Shown here in pieces: positions 59,417-64,000 of a stretch of 64,000 nucleotides of DNA (its first letter is position 1; every line of letters starts with the position of its first letter). The stretch is taken from sequence record NC_048821.1, one strand, 5' to 3'. The notes below the pieces were generated by a model that worked only from the letters and a program-made list of their open reading frames with translations, was not told the origin of the DNA and made no database searches. Position numbers and translations under genes: made by a program.

Positions 59417-59715
59417 TGAAAACCAGTACTAGTTGGGTGTGTCGAGCTGTTTCTGCTTCCCTGATCACTGCACTGTCGTTGTTCATAATTTGGTGTGCGG
59501 TCAATTACCAGATATTCATTGTGGAAGGTTATGTTACCGATGTGTTTAAAGTTGATGGTTCTGAGTACGATTACTTCATTCGAACGGAAGTGGATTTATT
59601 CCAATGTCGGATTGGGGAAGAAGAACATCTCATCATTGGGGAGGAGCGTCACTTGAGTGTTATGTATGGTGAGTACCCAACCGGAGAACGGACTTGTCTC
59701 TATATCGGTATTTAA
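59416..59715 (+). CDS. Membrane-anchored beta-barrel/OB-like protein (paralogue)
   Basis: TAATG coupling; TM segment then the same strand and Cys pattern. Confidence 0.65.
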   Translation: MKTSTSWVCRAVSASLITALSLFIIWCAVNYQIFIVEGYVTDVFKVDGSEYDYFIRTEVDLFQCRIGEEEHLIIGEERHLSVMYGEYPTGERTCLYIGI

Positions 59716-59730
59716 CATACAGTTACTTTC

Positions 59731-59750
59731 AAATCTATATAACCTAGGTG
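59731..59750 (+). promoter_or_regulatory. Putative early promoter
   Basis: AAATCTATATAACCTAGGTG. Confidence 0.7.
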
Positions 59751-59793
59751 TTAAGTAACTATCTTTCATTAACCTTTAATAAGGAATATCACC

Positions 59794-60057
59794 ATGGACT
59801 TTCTAAAAGAAAAAGCTACTGTCAATGAACTTCGTGTAATCAAAGCTGTCACTGGTCTAGCTATCGGTGGTGTTTCAATCGCGATGAATGAAGAACTTCC
59901 AGTAGGCAAGCTTGCTTGTACCGCAGCAGGTACTACGATGGCAGTCATGAATACTTCAGAAAGAGACACTCGTCGTCTAGGTGCTCGTGAAAATGCTATC
60001 TGGGAAACTGTAGGTAGTGTTGCGCTTGTTAGTATCGTCGGAAGCCTATTCTCATAA
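59794..60057 (+). CDS. Small hydrophobic membrane protein (87 aa)
   Basis: Three Gly/Ala-rich hydrophobic segments; AAGGA SD. Confidence 0.65.
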   Translation: MDFLKEKATVNELRVIKAVTGLAIGGVSIAMNEELPVGKLACTAAGTTMAVMNTSERDTRRLGARENAIWETVGSVALVSIVGSLFS

Positions 60058-60077
60058 ATCTTTAAAAGGAACCTGTC

Positions 60078-60479
60078 ATGGAAAACTTCATCTACAATGG
60101 GATCAACTACATGGACCTTGTGAAAGCAAGCGTTGGTGAACACACTATCTATATCAGTAAATGGGATGTAGAAAAGAAGATCAAAAACGATGTTATTCAA
60201 CTTACAGAAGAACGTCCAACTGAGTTCAACACAGAACTCCATATTGAAATTAACTTGACTATTTATTCAAGTGTGATTGTTCATGTGGTTGATTCCTTGC
60301 AAGCTCTGGAGATTGCTAAAGAGCTTTCTTCTAAGCTTAGTAAAGAAGTTACCATTTATTCACATGCTCGTCATTTAGCTCGATTCCTAAAAGGTGAGCA
60401 GGTCGGTCAGGTGAAAACATTGGACGATTTCTATACGAACATCACTGAAGAACAACGAGCACTGACTCGCTTAAAATAA
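60078..60479 (+). CDS. Hypothetical protein (133 aa)
   Basis: AAGGA SD. Confidence 0.7.
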   Translation: MENFIYNGINYMDLVKASVGEHTIYISKWDVEKKIKNDVIQLTEERPTEFNTELHIEINLTIYSSVIVHVVDSLQALEIAKELSSKLSKEVTIYSHARHLARFLKGEQVGQVKTLDDFYTNITEEQRALTRLK

Positions 60480-60494
60480 ACAGAATGCAGAAAA

Positions 60495-60523
60495 CCTCCT
60501 ACTACCCAATGGGTAGTAGGAGG
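60495..60523. terminator. Terminator (related hairpin family)
   Basis: 13-bp stem CCTCCTACTACCC/GGGTAGTAGGAGG between convergent genes. Confidence 0.8.
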
Positions 60524-60558
60524 AACCTTTCAGTTTATTTTTTTTTTCGTTCAGGTTA

Positions 60559-61458
60559 TTAAACCATCACGTTTTTGTTCTTCACTTTAGAAGCACGGTC
60601 TTTCATCTGCTCCATGATACCAGTATCACGAAGAGACTCAAGTACTGCCGTACGATCTTTAAAGCCAGACGGAATGCTGGAACCGATGTTGTTATACAAC
60701 GGTAGTTTCTTCAAGAAAGTACGAGCAACTTCACGTACCGCCAGAGTATCGAACTCCGTCAAACCTGTGTATTCCATGTTGATCTCACGGATTTGACCAG
60801 CTTCGTCTTTGTTACGACGAATACCCACTTCTACAGTCGAACGAGGCATGACCGCTAGAGTCATGGCGGCGTGAGCGATGTCACGCATGTTTTCTGTAGT
60901 GTTGAACATCAGTAGTGTGGCTGAACGTTCATCGATAAGTAGGTCACCCGGCTCACTCAGAACAACAGCACGCGGAGCACCGATGTCGGTATCGTGACCA
61001 CACCATTTCACCCAGATAGAGTGTAGGTTAGTGAAGACTTCACCTACGACGTCATTGCCTTGGAATGAAATAGGGCCTAGGGTGCGAGTACCACCAGTAG
61101 GCACGCTTAACGTACGACCAGACCAACGAACATCACCGAACTCTAGTTCAGTACGGTCCGTTGGACCTTGCCATGTACGGGCACGTGTTTCAAACCACGC
61201 TTTAGCCAACGCATGCAGATAGTTACCCGCAGGTAGACGACTGAATAGCGCAGGAGTGGACATCACGAAACACCAACCTTGTTGGTCAATGTGTGGATGT
61301 TCACTAACGTAAGCGTAGGAATCCGGCGCAAAGCCGTATTGACCACCTTGAGTGCCGTCCAACGTAGCGCGATCGCCTTTGTCGGTGTTGGCAAAGAAGG
61401 CAGACGAGTTAGACAGGATTGTCTTATTGCCGCGATGCGGCTGGTTAGAAGCTGCCAT
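60559..61458 (-). CDS. Tail tube protein (phiKZ gp30-like)
   Basis: 299 aa, directly downstream of the sheath; GGQYGFAPD and REINMEYTG segments. Confidence 0.75.
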   Translation of the reverse strand: MAASNQPHRGNKTILSNSSAFFANTDKGDRATLDGTQGGQYGFAPDSYAYVSEHPHIDQQGWCFVMSTPALFSRLPAGNYLHALAKAWFETRARTWQGPTDRTELEFGDVRWSGRTLSVPTGGTRTLGPISFQGNDVVGEVFTNLHSIWVKWCGHDTDIGAPRAVVLSEPGDLLIDERSATLLMFNTTENMRDIAHAAMTLAVMPRSTVEVGIRRNKDEAGQIREINMEYTGLTEFDTLAVREVARTFLKKLPLYNNIGSSIPSGFKDRTAVLESLRDTGIMEQMKDRASKVKNKNVMV

Positions 61459-61463
61459 CTAAA

Positions 61464-63602
61464 TTACCCCTCAGCTGCCAAGTCTTGCTCGTTGCGGGCA
61501 ACGAGAGACATATCCATCATGTACTTACCTTTACGGAAAGCAACATAACCTGTTACGTAAAGAACGGAACGAGAATCCGCAGCACCTTCGTTGTACGTAG
61601 GTTCAACCACTATATCTTCGAACATTGTCCCTAGGTTTTCACGACATTTCGTTTCAGCACGATCTTTAACGATCGCCGCGTATTCTTCTGCCGTGATGGT
61701 GGTGTCGCCAGAAACCAACGTCCACGTATCTGCGATGATCTTCTCAACGTTTACCGCAGTGAACACCGTAGTCCAGTCCTTAAGAACTGAATCTTGGTGA
61801 GGGTAAATAGTTGGAAGCGCAGGACGGTAAAGTTGTTCTTGGTTGTACGGACGTAAAGTACAAGCACCACTGTCGAAGTTGTTTGCTGCGTTAGGATCCG
61901 CTTCCAAATCTACTGTTGGGTCGTACATAGTACGAAGTAGACGGTTGTTAGCGTGATCTGGAGAATTCGCTTTTAGCAACTGACCTTGAGAGTTACCACC
62001 GAACAATGCCATGGCGTAAGCAAGGTCCAGTACATGAGAGAAACGCTCGCCAGACTCTTCATTGATCTTAGCCATTTCCCACATTGCAATCATCGCACGA
62101 CATGCAGGTGTACCATATTTCTCTGATTCAGGGAACAGACGAAGACGGTTAGTGATGTACGTTTGACGAGAGTAGTGTTCTTCGATGGTTGCTTCTTTTA
62201 GCCATTCTGCCGAAGCAAAGATCGCCGCATGGTCTTTACGAGACGCAAGAAGTTGGATCAGTTCGTCAACGATCTCTGAGTTGAAACCAACATCAAAGAT
62301 GATAGATTGACGGTTACGAGTCCAGTCCAAGATCTCTAGAGACTTGCGGTACTTCATGATATCTTCAAGGTATAACGCTTGAGTTACCTGCCACGCATCC
62401 TTACGGTTCAACTCTTCCACCGGACCTTTCTCAGGATCGAAGTTGTAAGAACGAGAAAGTGTCACACCTTCTGGTACCGAACGATCTTTAGTAAGGAAAG
62501 GAGAAATACCGCCCGTAGCGTCTAGCTGAGCACCCATGTTGAACAATCGAGTAGGCGCATCTACTTCGATTGCGTAGTAAGGGATGCCTTCGTGGTTTAC
62601 AGCAGTCAGTGGGTTGATTTGTTTGTAAGGCTTAACACCTTCCAAGTAAACCAAGTTTTCTGGCTTAGCTGCTTCTTCGACACTGAATAGGTCTTTACAC
62701 AGAGCTTCAATAGACTCGTGGTAAACGTGAGCTTCGTAGAACGGAGCAGCACGTGGAGTCATTGGACGGTTAGCTGTTGCACCTGTGTAAGCACCGATCG
62801 CTTCTTTAACACCGTAACGAACGTTGTTAGCACGAGTGTCAAACAAAGTGAACTGCACTTCTTCAGTATTGATCAGTGTTTTAGCAATCACGGGAGTGCC
62901 GTAGATTGATTTCTCGTACAACTTCATGTTGAACGGGAAGACACCGAACTGAGATACAAACTCAGCAATACGAGAGAAGTCCGCTGAACCAGAGATACCT
63001 GCATAGTGACCCATGCGGTTGTAGATATCACCGATGCCCGCCGGTAGCTCGTAAAGTGGATAGATGGTGAAACCAGGTTCACCTTCTGCACCTTCACCAG
63101 TAATCGGTTTCAAACCTTTGTACTCAGTATCAGTGATATCAAGTAACATCGGAGTAATTTTACGACCTGGTAAAGTTACGTCACCTGAGTCTACCGGAAT
63201 ACGAGCACCGTTGTCATCAAGTACGAATTGTTGAGCTGCGTCACGCTGGTATTGCTGAATGTCTCCAGCAGTAACTTTAACGCCCACTGCCACACGAGCA
63301 ATCTCGTTGTTTGCTGTTAGACGACGCATGCCTAGTGAAGCCTGACCACCACTAGCTAGAGTTTGGATCAGTGCCGCGATCGGGTTGTAGTACGGACCAT
63401 CAGTATCTTGGATATCCCCATAGAGATCAGCCAAGTCACTCACGTTGATGTACTTTTGTCCGAGAGGTCCTTTAGGAGTAACCGCACTAATAACTGGGAA
63501 GTTACAAGGGTAGGAAGCGAGCTGAGGAGACACGATAGGACGTGAATCATCGCCGATACCTTGGTTACGGACTTGTCCCGGAACTATAGATGTAAAGGAC
63601 AT
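61464..63602 (-). CDS. Tail sheath protein (phiKZ gp29-like)
   Basis: 712 aa; TPKGP, DVGF, GTPACRA, YRPALPTIYP...SVL. Confidence 0.8.
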   Translation of the reverse strand: MSFTSIVPGQVRNQGIGDDSRPIVSPQLASYPCNFPVISAVTPKGPLGQKYINVSDLADLYGDIQDTDGPYYNPIAALIQTLASGGQASLGMRRLTANNEIARVAVGVKVTAGDIQQYQRDAAQQFVLDDNGARIPVDSGDVTLPGRKITPMLLDITDTEYKGLKPITGEGAEGEPGFTIYPLYELPAGIGDIYNRMGHYAGISGSADFSRIAEFVSQFGVFPFNMKLYEKSIYGTPVIAKTLINTEEVQFTLFDTRANNVRYGVKEAIGAYTGATANRPMTPRAAPFYEAHVYHESIEALCKDLFSVEEAAKPENLVYLEGVKPYKQINPLTAVNHEGIPYYAIEVDAPTRLFNMGAQLDATGGISPFLTKDRSVPEGVTLSRSYNFDPEKGPVEELNRKDAWQVTQALYLEDIMKYRKSLEILDWTRNRQSIIFDVGFNSEIVDELIQLLASRKDHAAIFASAEWLKEATIEEHYSRQTYITNRLRLFPESEKYGTPACRAMIAMWEMAKINEESGERFSHVLDLAYAMALFGGNSQGQLLKANSPDHANNRLLRTMYDPTVDLEADPNAANNFDSGACTLRPYNQEQLYRPALPTIYPHQDSVLKDWTTVFTAVNVEKIIADTWTLVSGDTTITAEEYAAIVKDRAETKCRENLGTMFEDIVVEPTYNEGAADSRSVLYVTGYVAFRKGKYMMDMSLVARNEQDLAAEG

Positions 63603-63636
63603 AAATAACTCCGTTGGTTATTGTTTGTTAACTACA

Positions 63637-63656
63637 AGTTTTTTGATCAAAAAACT
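63637..63656. promoter_or_regulatory. Perfect 20-bp palindrome in a divergent intergenic region
   Basis: AGTTTTTTGATCAAAAAACT. Confidence 0.5.
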
Positions 63657-63747
63657 CACTTCCCATCAATCGTATGACAGGAAACACTGTCTTATAACTG
63701 AAACGTAGAAAGTAAGTTTCTACATAGGATTCAATACGGAGTTTATC

Positions 63748-64000
63748 ATGTTTTCTAATGCTTACGACACATACGTGGGTAAACCATTAGCACACCTAGA
63801 CCACGTCCCTTCTACGCTGAAACGTTTAGCGTTAATGAAAGACTTGGTAGACATGGGTGACGGTGTGCACACTATTAACCACAATAATGGTCAAGGTATC
63901 CCTTTCCTTAACTTCCCTCTCTCTATGGTGGGTCTAAACCGCAAACCAATTACGGTAATGGATGATCGCCCCTACACAAACAAAAACGGTCTGGTGACTA
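63748..64000 (+). CDS. 5' part of a conserved virion protein divergent from the sheath (runs off the window)
   Basis: GGAG SD; MFSNAYDTYVG...ITVMDDRPY, open to the window end. Confidence 0.7.
   Translation, partial: MFSNAYDTYVGKPLAHLDHVPSTLKRLALMKDLVDMGDGVHTINHNNGQGIPFLNFPLSMVGLNRKPITVMDDRPYTNKNGLVT

Noticed and set aside
59794-60057. Holin call for the 87-aa hydrophobic protein
   Set aside because: Directly behind an early-type promoter and far from the endolysin; segments only marginally hydrophobic
2770-63545. Many short antisense or out-of-frame ORFs in the track (e.g. 6987..7559, 24249..24641, 30776..31189, 59769..60242)
   Set aside because: Shadow long genes, lack SD sites and have no recognisable motifs
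1-64000. CRISPR array, tRNA, rRNA, IS or integrase
   Set aside because: None seen; the recurring hairpins are dispersed and not regularly spaced

Overview
64 kb segment of a phiKZ-like jumbo myophage (Chimalliviridae-type). The Vibrionaceae/Pasteurellaceae-like ThyA hints at a gammaproteobacterial host (inference only). The core block holds an SF2 helicase with an Ala-start (class 3-type) intein, an RNase H-like protein, UvsX/RecA, three split virion RNA polymerase subunits (beta-C, beta'-N, beta-N), a tail-tip protein, a 2356-aa tail/tape-measure protein with a GH19 lysozyme domain, an endolysin, the prohead protease, tail tube and tail sheath. Two accessory regions (about 5-13.5 kb and 46.8-60.5 kb) follow TATAT(T/A)AC early-type promoters and contain tandem paralogue families. 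Most notable: (1) a group I intron with an HNH endonuclease splits the vRNAP beta' gene at the catalytic motif, and the four residues xDGD are not encoded at either exon boundary or inside the intron. (2) A duplicated, translationally coupled gene pair encodes a Thr1 proteasome/HslV-like Ntn subunit plus a degenerate homologue, next to two Cys-His-Asp enzymes and a Nudix hydrolase. phiKZ/SPN3US gene correspondences are recalled from motifs and synteny, not from searches. No tRNA, rRNA or CRISPR array was seen.
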